DNA from: a virus
Reading direction: 5' to 3' (one strand)
IMG/VR virus record: IMGVR_UViG_3300033047_000016
DNA length: 64,000 nucleotides
Position numbers and translations under genes: made by a program. The notes below the pieces were generated by a model. It saw only the letters and a list, made by a program, of their open reading frames with translations, made no database searches and had not been told where the DNA came from. This document shows positions 28,387 through 37,338 of this stretch, piece by piece; position 1 is the first letter of the stretch, and each line of letters starts with the position of its first letter.

Positions 28387-30061
28387 CGTCGTCGGTCTCA
28401 TCATCATCATCAGACGATTTCATTTCCGCGTCAATTTGCTTGGTCAGCGCACGGGCATCTTTAGTCTGCTGTTGTACTCCCGGCGTGCTTGGTTCACCCG
28501 GAGACGCTTTGACGTCTTCGGAGGCCATACCAAACTCAGCCCGCATCAAGCGGAATTCGTGGAAGGCGTCTGCATCTGGGAAATTCTTCATTCTCGCCAG
28601 AACATCTACCATGTTGGGGAATTGATTCGACTGCTTCAGGAGGCTCTTATATTCTTCCTCATCCATCCATTCTGGAATTACTTCCGCGCGACTTAGATAA
28701 TCGTAGACAACGTCCACGGGAATAATGCCATCCATATACATTTGGTGGATGGCGCGGAATTCTCTCGCGCCAGCGTCTTTGATTAAGAAGTCACGGTTCA
28801 ATTCAAATGTTATTGCTTTGATGGTAGATTTAGACGCGTTGCTCCAATCCGCCCACCACTGCAATATTTCGGTCACGGCCTCATCAACAGTATCCGCAAT
28901 ATTGAGCAACAGTGTTTGCTCGTTGCGCTCTTGCATCACAAGGGAGTTATCTGATTCGGCTGCGCCACGTGATGATCCGGGCATCATGCGTCCACCGATG
29001 GATGCAATCTGACCTTCTTTTGATCGCAGGATATTTTCCAAATGTTGTAGCCCGCGCCCGTTAAATTCTAGCAGCTTGGCTTCTTCATCTTTATCCAATA
29101 TCCACACGACATCAGGGCCGACCTCATAGTTGCCTTGATCTTGTGAACTATCATTTTGCACGACAAAGATCGGACTACCTGTGTAAAACAGAGCCTGCTC
29201 TAACTGTGCATAAGACATGTAGTGGGAAAAGTTTAATGTGGCAATATCCAAGATCGGCGGCTTCTGCACGTCTGGATAATTTGTGAACGGGCCAATTATC
29301 TTGAATGGAATGTAATCGAGCGTCTTACCGCGCACGGTAGGCGTGACTATTAGGTCTGGTGCTGCATCAATATCTGGGATCGCTGCGGCGTTATCGGATT
29401 CGGAATACACGAATTGGCTATAAACCAGATCACCACTAGCGTCTTCTTCCAACGTCAGTACCCGGAACCTAGATTTGAAGTCGTACGGCGACCAGTGACC
29501 TTCTCTGGAATAGTAAATCTCACGCAGGGTAACCTTCGACAGGACCCACGATCCATTAACCTCTGACATCTGCCAGTCGAGAATATTCTCAGCCGTGTAA
29601 CACGAAATGTATGGGTCTCCGACACCATTAGGATCAGCGTCAACCAACATACCATAGCGACCTACAGCCAAGACTTCCTTTACAGCAGTCTTTGACATTA
29701 GGTGGAGGGACATACCCTCTTTCGTGATTCTCTTTGAAGACTCTTTTAGTTTTGGGGTGAACCCAGCTATTTTAGGTAGCCTACGGAATACAGTACCGTA
29801 CAAGGCATTAAGTGTCCGCGCGGTCATGTTGTAAAACACAGACCGACGTAAATAAGCTTTGTATTGAGTGGCGTTGTGCGTTGCTTGGCGCGGGAGGTAT
29901 TTCTCCCCCTTGCGCTTCACTTCGATTTCACCTATCTCTGCATCGCGAATCATTTCCCAATGTGGGGACCAGTACGCGTAGTCTGGATGCAATACTGGGG
30001 ATGCGCGATAGGGAACGGACAACGCCGCCCTAGTGTCTGGATTTGGTACTGAACTACTCAT
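28379..30061 (-). CDS. portal protein (DUF4055 family)
   Basis: HPDY...GEKYLP..YLRRSVFYNMTART..GRYGMLVD..YTAENILDW..KPPILDIA. Confidence 0.9.
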   Translation of the reverse strand: MSSSVPNPDTRAALSVPYRASPVLHPDYAYWSPHWEMIRDAEIGEIEVKRKGEKYLPRQATHNATQYKAYLRRSVFYNMTARTLNALYGTVFRRLPKIAGFTPKLKESSKRITKEGMSLHLMSKTAVKEVLAVGRYGMLVDADPNGVGDPYISCYTAENILDWQMSEVNGSWVLSKVTLREIYYSREGHWSPYDFKSRFRVLTLEEDASGDLVYSQFVYSESDNAAAIPDIDAAPDLIVTPTVRGKTLDYIPFKIIGPFTNYPDVQKPPILDIATLNFSHYMSYAQLEQALFYTGSPIFVVQNDSSQDQGNYEVGPDVVWILDKDEEAKLLEFNGRGLQHLENILRSKEGQIASIGGRMMPGSSRGAAESDNSLVMQERNEQTLLLNIADTVDEAVTEILQWWADWSNASKSTIKAITFELNRDFLIKDAGAREFRAIHQMYMDGIIPVDVVYDYLSRAEVIPEWMDEEEYKSLLKQSNQFPNMVDVLARMKNFPDADAFHEFRLMRAEFGMASEDVKASPGEPSTPGVQQQTKDARALTKQIDAEMKSSDDDDETDDDE

Positions 30062-30134
30062 ATGAACACTCTATGGATAAAATACAACATGTCAAGTCAA
30101 TCACCTAGAACGGTCTAAATTATTGACTCAATTA

Positions 30135-30527
30135 TTATACTGTTGGTATGGCGTTCTTCGTATCGCTTGTCACGGAAGCTCCATGACGGTTCACAGCACG
30201 AATCTCCACAGCATAAGAAGTGGTATTCGTCAGCCCAGAAATTGTTATAGGTCCGGTTGCTGTCGCCCCAGACGTCCACGCCCCAGCGTCTACTCTATAT
30301 TCGATGTCAGCAATTGCTTCACCACTTGTTGGTAGCTGCGTTACGGTGATGGTAAGATCGCCGTCTGTTACTGGATCGGTCAGCGTCCAGTCACCAATGA
30401 CAAAAGCTTCTGAGGGTCCATATACTGGCCCCTTGTACACAGGCTGCGCAAAGATGCCTACAGCAGTGCGTACACTGGCTGGCGGCGCGCCTACGGCGGC
30501 GCGCGTAGCCGAGTACAAGATGCTCAT
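30135..30527 (-). CDS. fibronectin type III domain protein
   Basis: IEYRVD..W..TISGLTNTTSYAVEIRAVN. Confidence 0.75.
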   Translation of the reverse strand: MSILYSATRAAVGAPPASVRTAVGIFAQPVYKGPVYGPSEAFVIGDWTLTDPVTDGDLTITVTQLPTSGEAIADIEYRVDAGAWTSGATATGPITISGLTNTTSYAVEIRAVNRHGASVTSDTKNAIPTV

Positions 30528-30823
30528 TAGTCGTCCAGACGTGTAGACAGGCGAGCCAGTGCGACACTTACGCTAGGCGTGGTCGATCCAGACATTGTCA
30601 CGTATACCGTACAATCTGGTAGCCAAATAACTTCGCCGGTTGATACCGTGTAGCTGGCTCCGGTGATAGGTGTATCGACTGCCGGTCCAACATTGACCTT
30701 CAGTTGTGCTGTGCCGCCGCCGAAGCTACCGCTTAGCGCGAGGAAGTACTGACCAGATTCTACTGGTACAGCTACAGTGTCGCCATCGGCTACAATGCTT
30801 TGTGCAATTACTTTAGTTGACAT
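30527..30823 (-). CDS. small beta-sandwich structural protein
   Basis: Paralogue of 35708..36001. Confidence 0.65.
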   Translation of the reverse strand: MSTKVIAQSIVADGDTVAVPVESGQYFLALSGSFGGGTAQLKVNVGPAVDTPITGASYTVSTGEVIWLPDCTVYVTMSGSTTPSVSVALARLSTRLDD

Positions 30824-30912
30824 GGATTCACTCCTATTGAATTCTATGTGCACAATACCACACAGAATCTACCAGCACAAGGCTGTGCGGTCTTTGGGTT
30901 CTGAACGTAATT

Positions 30913-30984
30913 TGGTCAGGGTATCGGGGATCGAACCCGATCAGCAAGCTTCCAAAGCCCACGCCGTCACCAGAACATACCCTG
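30913..30984 (-). tRNA. tRNA-Pro(TGG), non-canonical fold
   Basis: CAGGGTA/TACCCTG acceptor, TT-TGG-AA loop, TTCGA T-loop, CCA. Confidence 0.85.
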
Positions 30985-30991
30985 TATAAAG

Positions 30992-31066
30992 TGGAGCCTC
31001 CAAACGGAATCGAACCGATTTCTCTGGATTACAAAACCAGCACATCACCATTTATGCTTTGGAGGC
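30992..31066 (-). tRNA. tRNA-Thr(TGT)
   Basis: Cloverleaf, TT-TGT-AA loop, CCA. Confidence 0.9.
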
Positions 31067-31150
31067 ATTTGTCTGTTACAATAGACACGAAATGGCTTCG
31101 TGTCCAGTATATAATACATTTGGTGCCAAATTACTCTGACACTTGTGTTG

Positions 31151-31226
31151 TGGTGCTGGCGGTGGGAGTTGAACCCACGACTTCTGCTTTACGAGAGCAG
31201 CGCTCTGGCCACTGAGCTACACCAGC
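31151..31226 (-). tRNA. tRNA-Thr(CGT)
   Basis: Cloverleaf, CT-CGT-AA loop, CCA. Confidence 0.92.
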
Positions 31227-31282
31227 GAGTGCCTGTTACAACGGTCATATAAAGCCTTGTGACCGTTGTAACGGGCATAGTT

Positions 31283-31357
31283 TGGTCTCCCCGGAAGGAA
31301 TCGAACCCTCGATTTTCGGTTTAGAAGACCAAAACCCGATAAACCATCGGCGGAGAG
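31283..31357 (-). tRNA. tRNA-Arg(TCT), non-canonical fold
   Basis: CT-TCT-AA loop, TTCGA, CCA; D hairpin abuts the acceptor stem. Confidence 0.85.
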
Positions 31358-31361
31358 ATTA

Positions 31362-31436
31362 TGGCACCCTCGGAAGGAATCGAACCTTCAATTCTCAGCT
31401 TAGGAGGCCAAAACCCGATAGACCATCGGCGAGGGT
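31362..31436 (-). tRNA. tRNA-Arg(CCT), non-canonical fold
   Basis: CT-CCT-AA loop, TTCGA, CCA; D hairpin abuts the acceptor stem. Confidence 0.85.
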
Positions 31437-31567
31437 CAGGAAGACATTACGACACGTTCAATGTCGCAACGGTTGATGCCAATATCGCTAAGTTCGCGCT
31501 CTGACATGCGGTAAAGTTGATCGCGCGCTTTGTTGCGTGCGAGGTAACGGCGGATAGCTGAAAACAT
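31436..31567 (-). CDS. DUF1127 (YjiS/CcaF1-like) small protein, 43 aa
   Basis: Not in ORF track. AGGAG SD; MFSAIRRYLARNKARDQLYRMSERELSDIGINRCDIERVVMSS carries the L..MS.R.L.DIG..R.DI signature. Confidence 0.85.
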   Translation of the reverse strand: MFSAIRRYLARNKARDQLYRMSERELSDIGINRCDIERVVMSS

Positions 31568-31668
31568 TTCGGAAACTCCTTTTGATTGATTTCAAATCGG
31601 AGTATACTCTTATGCCACACATGCACAACACACACGCAGACATTCCCGTCATGCTTCCACTGCATATG

Positions 31669-31756
31669 TGGCGGAGGGCGGAGGAATCGAACCCCACACG
31701 TTTCCGTGCGAACCGCTTTCCAAGCGGACCCCGCCGACCAGACAGGATCGCCCTCC
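31669..31756 (-). tRNA. tRNA-Ser(GGA)
   Basis: TT-GGA-AA loop, long variable arm, G73, CCA. Confidence 0.9.
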
Positions 31757-31805
31757 ATATGGGCCGCAATACTTACGCATTGTGTAAGCGATAGCGGCCC
31801 ACTAA

Positions 31806-32312
31806 TCAGTGCATCGACGGTGTGCTCTTGAACTTTCCACGCACACCGTGGTCTGCCACGTAAGAAGCGGCAAACGCGTCAGGCTTAGTCTTTACCGTAC
31901 GCCCTGTAACGCCCCTCAGATAGCCCACTGCCGCGCCGTGTGCGCAGTTAGAGCCGTGCTTTGGGTCGGCGTTGATGTCGAGGTGTACTTCAACCTCGTG
32001 CTCCAACAACAATTCTTCAAGCTGCTGGTAAGCTTCAGCCGTTTTATAAGCTTCATTCATCATTCGCATAATCGGGCGGTTCATTTTCTGATCGTAGTCG
32101 ATCATTTTTTCAGTGTCAGTGAACACCTTACAGCCGTGCCCGATACCGTTCTCGTCAATGTTGTGAATGACTACGGCAGTGGTGTACGACGCATGCCACA
32201 CGGCTTGTTTGTCACGATACCTGTTGGAGTCGCAGCCGATGTATACACGAGATTCTGGTGTAGCTTCACTCAGAACTTCTCGGATTCTTTTGACGGTTTT
32301 TTCTCTCAACAT
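31806..32312 (-). CDS. RNase H-like YkuK-family protein
   Basis: YIGCDS..RMMNEA..EVHLDIN..HGS..KPDAFAASYVAD. Confidence 0.85.
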   Translation of the reverse strand: MLREKTVKRIREVLSEATPESRVYIGCDSNRYRDKQAVWHASYTTAVVIHNIDENGIGHGCKVFTDTEKMIDYDQKMNRPIMRMMNEAYKTAEAYQQLEELLLEHEVEVHLDINADPKHGSNCAHGAAVGYLRGVTGRTVKTKPDAFAASYVADHGVRGKFKSTPSMH

Positions 32313-32333
32313 GTCGGACTCCTTTCTGTTAAG

Positions 32334-32747
32334 TTACGGATGCAGAGGTAGTTTCAATACTGCCCTGAATGTCAATACTGGATAGTCTGGGCAAAAAACG
32401 TACCCACAAGTTTTAACGGGAATAGCGTGTGTGACGTTACCATCGCGAACCGGATAAGTTGGATCGAGAATTATGTCCGACGGAGCACCCCAAGCTTTTG
32501 CTTGTTTTACCATATTTACCAATTCGTATTCGCTGTCCACACTAACAACCATTGTCGTGCCGAAGCCTTGCTCCGTCTGGTTGGACCAGTTATGGAACCC
32601 CGGAACGTGGTCACCGGGATTCTCACCAAGACTAGCAACAAATGCGTTGGCAGCGTGCGCCGCTTGCGCCATGCCTTTACCGGGGTTCATTGAATCCATG
32701 TCAGTGCGAATCAAAATATACAGGATCGGGTTCGGGTCCATGTTCAT
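32334..32747 (-). CDS. peptidyl-tRNA hydrolase, PTH2 family
   Basis: YILIRTDM.SMNPGKGMAQAAHAA motif. Confidence 0.85.
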   Translation of the reverse strand: MNMDPNPILYILIRTDMDSMNPGKGMAQAAHAANAFVASLGENPGDHVPGFHNWSNQTEQGFGTTMVVSVDSEYELVNMVKQAKAWGAPSDIILDPTYPVRDGNVTHAIPVKTCGYVFCPDYPVLTFRAVLKLPLHP

Positions 32748-32760
32748 ACTCCTTCGTTGT

Positions 32761-32850
32761 TGGCGGATGGCGGAGGACTTGAACCCCGACCCAATTAAGG
32801 GCCAACTCGATTAGCAATCGGTTCCGGCGCGCCTGTCCGGTTCACCATCC
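32761..32850 (-). tRNA. tRNA-Ser(GCT)
   Basis: TT-GCT-AA loop, long variable arm, CCA. Confidence 0.9.
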
Positions 32851-32951
32851 AATAATATTACCTACTCTTGACACACAGTAAACGGTATGTCAACATCTGC
32901 AAGTAAAAAACTCACGCCCACGGGAGAACCCTCTAAGTGGTTTCGACAATA

Positions 32952-33206
32952 TCACCAGTACCAATGGTGCGGCTTACGCGCCAATGGCCATGTCATGTTT
33001 TCCACATCTTCGCCGCGTAATACTTTCTGCACCATAAGACGCACTTCCATGCGTTTTGGCCTATGGTGGAAGATGATATCATGGGAGGATGGGGACCCTT
33101 GCCACCACTTCCATTCAAGGTCAGTGCCCGCAAATTTCCTTTTCAAATAATTGCAACTACCCTTGCACGCTAGTACGCGGGAGCGCTTTCTCTTGTGATG
33201 TGCCAT
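32952..33206 (-). CDS. basic, Trp-rich hypothetical protein
   Basis: TAAGGAG SD; preceded by an ATG-TTA-TAG mini-ORF. Confidence 0.7.
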   Translation of the reverse strand: MAHHKRKRSRVLACKGSCNYLKRKFAGTDLEWKWWQGSPSSHDIIFHHRPKRMEVRLMVQKVLRGEDVENMTWPLARKPHHWYW

Positions 33207-33255
33207 ATTCGGTCTCCTTAGTTACCTATAACATGACAAATCTCCTTTTATGTTT

Positions 33256-33330
33256 TGGTGCTGTCGGGGAGAATCGAACTCCCGCTAACCCCCTACCAAA
33301 GGGTTGTGCTACCATTATCACTACGACAGC
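33256..33330 (-). tRNA. tRNA-Thr(GGT)
   Basis: TT-GGT-AG loop, CCA. Confidence 0.92.
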
Positions 33331-33500
33331 AGGTCTCTTGCGCGGCGCTTACGATCTTCAAGCATTGACAGTGTGTGCTGCCTATCCGCTTCTGGCATTT
33401 TCAGCCAATTCTGTATTTCTGTCAATGTTCGCCCACAAATCTTACAGATGCAAGTTTTAGGGTCGATATGGCAACTAGTGCGGCATGCTGGTTCAAACAT
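33321..33500 (-). CDS. DUF1289-like Cys-rich small protein
   Basis: C...C.ID....C..CGRTLTEI..W..M motif. Confidence 0.75.
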   Translation of the reverse strand: MFEPACRTSCHIDPKTCICKICGRTLTEIQNWLKMPEADRQHTLSMLEDRKRRARDLLS

Positions 33501-33518
33501 ACTGGTTCCCCGGTAGTG

Positions 33519-33601
33519 TGGCATCGGTGTGAGGAATCGAACCCCTTACCCACGGCTTTGGAGACCGCTGAGTGGACCACCACCCATTAGGTTACACCGA
33601 T
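33519..33601 (-). tRNA. tRNA-Trp(CCA), enlarged D region
   Basis: CT-CCA-AA loop, G73, CCA. Confidence 0.85.
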
Positions 33602-33603
33602 AT

Positions 33604-33679
33604 TGGCGCTCTCGGCAGGACTCGAACCTGCCACCTTACCCTTCGGAGGGGTACGCTCTTCCAGATGAGCTACGAAAGC
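33604..33679 (-). tRNA. tRNA-Arg(CCG)
   Basis: Canonical cloverleaf, CT-CCG-AA loop. Confidence 0.93.
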
Positions 33680-33729
33680 ATATTCACACTTTACACCAGT
33701 TTGGTTCTAATGCAAGCCTCATCGGAGGA

Positions 33730-34491
33730 CTAATCCGTCAAATCTTTTAGACGTTCGCCTAGTGTCCTGTTCCCAACCATCGTTGTCAGCGTAATTGCCT
33801 GACGGCGCTTGCGTGGGTAACGTTCAGCTAGTACCTCGAACGGGTCGCGTTCGATGATGGTCTTCACTTCCACCCGCTGGATAATAGGCTTTGGGTACAA
33901 CGCCGAAGAATGTGTGCGCATCAGGTTCATCTTATCGGGGATTCCTCCGGCAAGATCATACTGGCCATGAATTTTAGCGGCTATCTGCATTTTGCTCCAC
34001 TCAATACTGTACAGCTTGTAACGGTCAATACCGTTGGTCAAGTATACGCGAACTGGGCGTGTGCTATGAATAATGCGCTGCTTCCGCTCCACCAGACATT
34101 CAAGCCAATAGTTGTCCTTCTCCATCAAGTCGGATAGAGACGTCTTTAGTGGGCCAAACCTAAGTGTACGCTCAACCAGTGGGTGCATCTGCTTTATCAG
34201 TAAATCCCCGTCTTCTTTGTCGTTAGTTATTTCCAGAGACGGGCCATCAAAAATTTCGAACCCGTCGCAAGTTACTTGCTTTTCTCTTGCTTCTCCTACG
34301 TTTGGAGTATCTTGATTCATCATCATTTCAGCCAACTCCTTTTCATACTGTTTCAAATCTTTGGGTGCGAAACGCGGGCACGGTCTGCCTTCTTTATTGG
34401 TTCCCCACCCGACAAAGCGATATGGCTTGCCCTTGGTACAGACGTGTTTGCGAAAAACTCTTGCCATAGCGTTGGGTGGCATTGCTGCCAC
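33730..34491 (-). CDS. hypothetical protein
   Basis: 253-aa ORF on the coding strand. Confidence 0.65.
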   Translation of the reverse strand: MAAMPPNAMARVFRKHVCTKGKPYRFVGWGTNKEGRPCPRFAPKDLKQYEKELAEMMMNQDTPNVGEAREKQVTCDGFEIFDGPSLEITNDKEDGDLLIKQMHPLVERTLRFGPLKTSLSDLMEKDNYWLECLVERKQRIIHSTRPVRVYLTNGIDRYKLYSIEWSKMQIAAKIHGQYDLAGGIPDKMNLMRTHSSALYPKPIIQRVEVKTIIERDPFEVLAERYPRKRRQAITLTTMVGNRTLGERLKDLTD

Positions 34492-34500
34492 CCATTTGCC

Positions 34501-34740
34501 TTAGCTTAGCACAGCAGCGATGTCTTCTGCCGACAGCCCCGCGCTTTGCAGTTCATCAAGAATGTTCGCGTCGATATCGGCCAAAACCTTTTCCGCCGCT
34601 TCCCGGTCGTCGAGCATCTTGCTGATCTTTCCCTTCAGGGATTCAATCTTCTTCTTGCGCCGCGACGCCTGTACTTGGGACAGAAGCCCCTCGCCTGTTA
34701 CCTGACTGTTCTGATCACTCATATCTTTCTCCTTCTCCAT
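34501..34740 (-). CDS. hypothetical coiled-coil protein
   Basis: ORF with SD; start may be 34722. Confidence 0.6.
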   Translation of the reverse strand: MEKEKDMSDQNSQVTGEGLLSQVQASRRKKKIESLKGKISKMLDDREAAEKVLADIDANILDELQSAGLSAEDIAAVLS

Positions 34741-34802
34741 TTGGTTATCATTGTGATAAACACCTAATAGAGTGATTCGGATTCGAATGCAAGAAGAAAG
34801 TT

Positions 34803-34878
34803 TGGTGAACCGGGAGAGATTCGAACTCTCGACGCCGGGGGTAAAAGCCCCGCGCTCTGACCACTGAGCTACCGGTAC
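34803..34878 (-). tRNA. tRNA-Lys(TTT)
   Basis: CT-TTT-AC loop, CCA. Confidence 0.92.
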
Positions 34879-34888
34879 GTGTTGTTTT

Positions 34889-34980
34889 TGGCGGACAGCC
34901 GAGGTCTCGATCCCCAGACGAGGCTGTCCTCGCCCGATCCGCTTTCAAGGCGGTCCCCGGCCCCGCCGAGTTGACTGTCC
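34889..34980 (-). tRNA. tRNA-Ser(TGA)
   Basis: CT-TGA-AA loop, long variable arm, CCA. Confidence 0.88.
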
Positions 34981-34981
34981 A

Positions 34982-35539
34982 TTAAGTGTGTTGCGTTGCG
35001 CGTATAACCATGCCAGAATTAATCACTTCACCGTTTCCAGAAAGTCTGACCTGTGGAACGATTGGGTTGTCGCGTGTGTTGCTATCACCGATGTAGATGT
35101 AATTTGTTGTCAAGGCAAATCTATGCCCGACCACACCAGAGTCCAGTTTTCCTAGCGAGCTTTCCAACGTGTATGAACCGGCCCCAGTTCCTAACATATA
35201 CCTGAACGATAGTATCAGGTTCTGTGCGTCTGGTGTGACAATGAAGTCGTGGCGTATGATGATATCTGATCCGATAGTAAGGTCTGTCACATCAATGTTT
35301 CCACCCGCCGACATTAAAGCCGCGACGTCAATTGGTAGATACGTCAGCAATGTATTTGGACCCAAAGAATCATTAGTCAACGTCGTCCACGTATCTGTCA
35401 CCAAGTCGATTGGTGCTAACACTGTTGCAGCATCATTGTAGTCTGCAAAGCCATGGCGGTCGCGCAAAAATATCTGGTTCGCGTCGAGTTCTGTGTGTGT
35501 TAACGCTGTGCCTTTGGCTGCGCGTGTAAGAATTCCCAT
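34982..35539 (-). CDS. structural/fibre-like protein
   Basis: N-terminal LTRAAKGTALTHTELDAN anchor motif common in phage fibre proteins. Confidence 0.65.
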   Translation of the reverse strand: MGILTRAAKGTALTHTELDANQIFLRDRHGFADYNDAATVLAPIDLVTDTWTTLTNDSLGPNTLLTYLPIDVAALMSAGGNIDVTDLTIGSDIIIRHDFIVTPDAQNLILSFRYMLGTGAGSYTLESSLGKLDSGVVGHRFALTTNYIYIGDSNTRDNPIVPQVRLSGNGEVINSGMVIRATQHT

Positions 35540-35540
35540 A

Positions 35541-35708
35541 TCACTCTCCCTCTACATACCCTGCATCAACGTATCCGGTGTCTACATACAAATTGATATT
35601 TACCGGAATATCCGCTTCAATGAATTCCAGAATGCTACCCGTTGGCGCTGTCTTTATCGGAGAAGTAGGACTGCGGTTTGGGGACAAGTCCTTTACCGAA
35701 ACAGGCAT
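35541..35708 (-). CDS. 55-aa hypothetical protein with YVDTGYVDAGYV motif
   Basis: Manual translation; coupled to both neighbours. Confidence 0.6.
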   Translation of the reverse strand: MPVSVKDLSPNRSPTSPIKTAPTGSILEFIEADIPVNINLYVDTGYVDAGYVEGE

Positions 35709-36001
35709 CAGGTAACTTCCAAAGCTACCGGTGCCATGGCTACAGACACATCAGTACTAGCACCTTGTACGCTGACTGTTATGAACGCCGTGCAAGCTGG
35801 TAACCACACAATCTCGGCTATAGGCGCAGTGTATGCCATTCCCGCCACAGGTACTCCTGTAGCTGGGCCTATGTTAAGCTTGAACGTTACAGTGGCACCG
35901 TCGAACACACCACCAACGGCAAACAAGTATCTGCCCGCTTGGATTGGTACCGATTGTGTGTCGCCGTTTACTTTTTGATTCTGTGTGATAACGAATGTCA
36001 T
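35708..36001 (-). CDS. small beta-sandwich structural protein
   Basis: Paralogue of 30527..30823. Confidence 0.65.
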   Translation of the reverse strand: MTFVITQNQKVNGDTQSVPIQAGRYLFAVGGVFDGATVTFKLNIGPATGVPVAGMAYTAPIAEIVWLPACTAFITVSVQGASTDVSVAMAPVALEVT

Positions 36002-36082
36002 GATGCTCTCCAAGATTGTCCGTCTTATTGATGCGTCGTATTGTAACACCACCGTTACCGTAAAGCAACTGGCGTCGGTTTA

Positions 36083-36157
36083 TGGTACTCCGCCTCAGAA
36101 TCGAACTGAGACCACAAGCGTTATGAGCGCTGCGCTCTACCGTTAAGCTAACGGAGC
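36083..36157 (-). tRNA. tRNA with CAT anticodon (Met or Ile2)
   Basis: CT-CAT-AA loop, CCA. Confidence 0.88.
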
Positions 36158-36165
36158 ATGTTCAC

Positions 36166-36504
36166 CTAAGCTGCGAAAAGATCACCAAGCGTTGGTGGGT
36201 CTGTGTCGTTGGCTGCGTCGAATGACCAGCCTTCACCGTCTCCGGTATATATGTCGTGTGGGCAGATGTCACAACAGTCGCAACAGTCTGTTGAAAAGCA
36301 AAAAGTGAACCCGTACTCGGCAGTCTCATAGTCATACCAATAAGGGTCGATCATTCCATCCACGCTACGCGGTCTTGGGCCAGAACCCCAGCGCATGCTA
36401 ACGATCTTTCTATTACCAATTTGTGTTGGAGGTAGCTCTGCGCTATTCAATGCGCGGCGAACGCGGCGTGAAATTACATTTTTGTTTCGCTTCTTCGTGC
36501 TCAT
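36166..36504 (-). CDS. hypothetical protein, basic N-terminus and Cys cluster
   Basis: AGGAG SD directly after a tRNA. Confidence 0.6.
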   Translation of the reverse strand: MSTKKRNKNVISRRVRRALNSAELPPTQIGNRKIVSMRWGSGPRPRSVDGMIDPYWYDYETAEYGFTFCFSTDCCDCCDICPHDIYTGDGEGWSFDAANDTDPPTLGDLFAA

Positions 36505-36522
36505 AGCTTTCTCCTTTTCTGT

Positions 36523-36610
36523 TGGCGGATGGCGGAGGTCTCGATCCCCTAACCGTTAAGTCTTCATCGCTTTCGAAGCGAGCCCGGCGCGCCTGTCCGG
36601 TTCACCATCC
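36523..36610 (-). tRNA. tRNA-Ser(CGA)
   Basis: TT-CGA-AA loop, long variable arm, CCA. Confidence 0.88.
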
Positions 36611-36617
36611 TAGTATT

Positions 36618-36693
36618 TGGTACGCGAGGTGGGAGTCGAACCCACACTGAACGGGACTTAAATCCGCTGCCTCTGCCTTTGGGCTACTCGCGC
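36618..36693 (-). tRNA. tRNA-Leu(TAA), short variable loop
   Basis: TT-TAA-GT loop, CCA. Confidence 0.85.
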
Positions 36694-36697
36694 ATGT

Positions 36698-36775
36698 TGG
36701 TACGGGATACGGGACTCGAACCCGTAAAACTCTAGTGTTTGAAACCAGCGACTTTGCCAATTTGCCCAATCCCGC
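36698..36775 (-). tRNA. tRNA-Leu(CAA), short variable loop
   Basis: TT-CAA-AC loop, CCA. Confidence 0.88.
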
Positions 36776-36778
36776 ATG

Positions 36779-36949
36779 TTACAATTCGTGGATGCTTACC
36801 AGTTCTGCTGTACGAACAGCTTCAGCCAGCTTATCCTCGATGCTGTTTGTATCAATTGGTCCAATGAACCCAGCGTCCAACAAGAACGCTATGTCGATAA
36901 CCCTGCAACCGGGGTACTTCTCTTCCAGAGCATCAATCACTTTCTGCAT
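36779..36949 (-). CDS. 56-aa hypothetical protein
   Basis: AAGGAG SD; MQKVIDALEEKYPG...; manual translation. Confidence 0.6.
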   Translation of the reverse strand: MQKVIDALEEKYPGCRVIDIAFLLDAGFIGPIDTNSIEDKLAEAVRTAELVSIHEL

Positions 36950-36968
36950 CTTCTATACTCCTTGTTGT

Positions 36969-37046
36969 TGGTACGCATGGAGGGACTCGAACCCTCAAAA
37001 CTCTTGGACCTAAACCAAGCGACTTTGCCAATTTGCCCACACGCGC
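36969..37046 (-). tRNA. tRNA-Leu(TAG), short variable loop
   Basis: TT-TAG-GT loop, CCA. Confidence 0.88.
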
Positions 37047-37052
37047 ATGTGT

Positions 37053-37136
37053 TGGTGCCGATGAAGGGAGTCGAACCCTCAACCCCGAAGGGTACAGTTT
37101 CTGAAACTGCTGCGTATACCATTCCGCCACATCGGC
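37053..37136 (-). tRNA. tRNA-Leu(CAG)
   Basis: TT-CAG-AA loop, long variable arm. Confidence 0.92.
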
Positions 37137-37145
37137 TGATGTGTT

Positions 37146-37227
37146 TGGTGCCCGTGACTGGACTCGAACCAGCACTCCGAAGAACAGCCCTCTCAAGACT
37201 GCGTGTCTACCATTTCACCACACGGGC
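37146..37227 (-). tRNA. tRNA-Leu(GAG)
   Basis: TT-GAG-AG loop, long variable arm. Confidence 0.92.
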
Positions 37228-37263
37228 GTGTAGTTGGTTGTCCAATTTGATGAACAACGTAGT

Positions 37264-37338
37264 TGGTTGTCCCGGTTGGGATTGAACCAACGACACATGG
37301 CTTATCGGGCCACCGCTCTACCACTGAGCTACGGGACA
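37264..37338 (-). tRNA. tRNA-Ile(GAT)
   Basis: CC-GAT-AA loop (C33), CCA. Confidence 0.9.

Noticed and set aside
28379-30900. Terminase next to the portal gene
   Set aside because: No ORF with terminase motifs is present in the window; it is presumably encoded elsewhere.
37231-37272. att site (13-bp duplication of the tRNA-Ile 3' end, TAGTTGGTTGTCC)
   Set aside because: The copies are only 29 bp apart and no integrase is in the window; more likely a local duplication scar.
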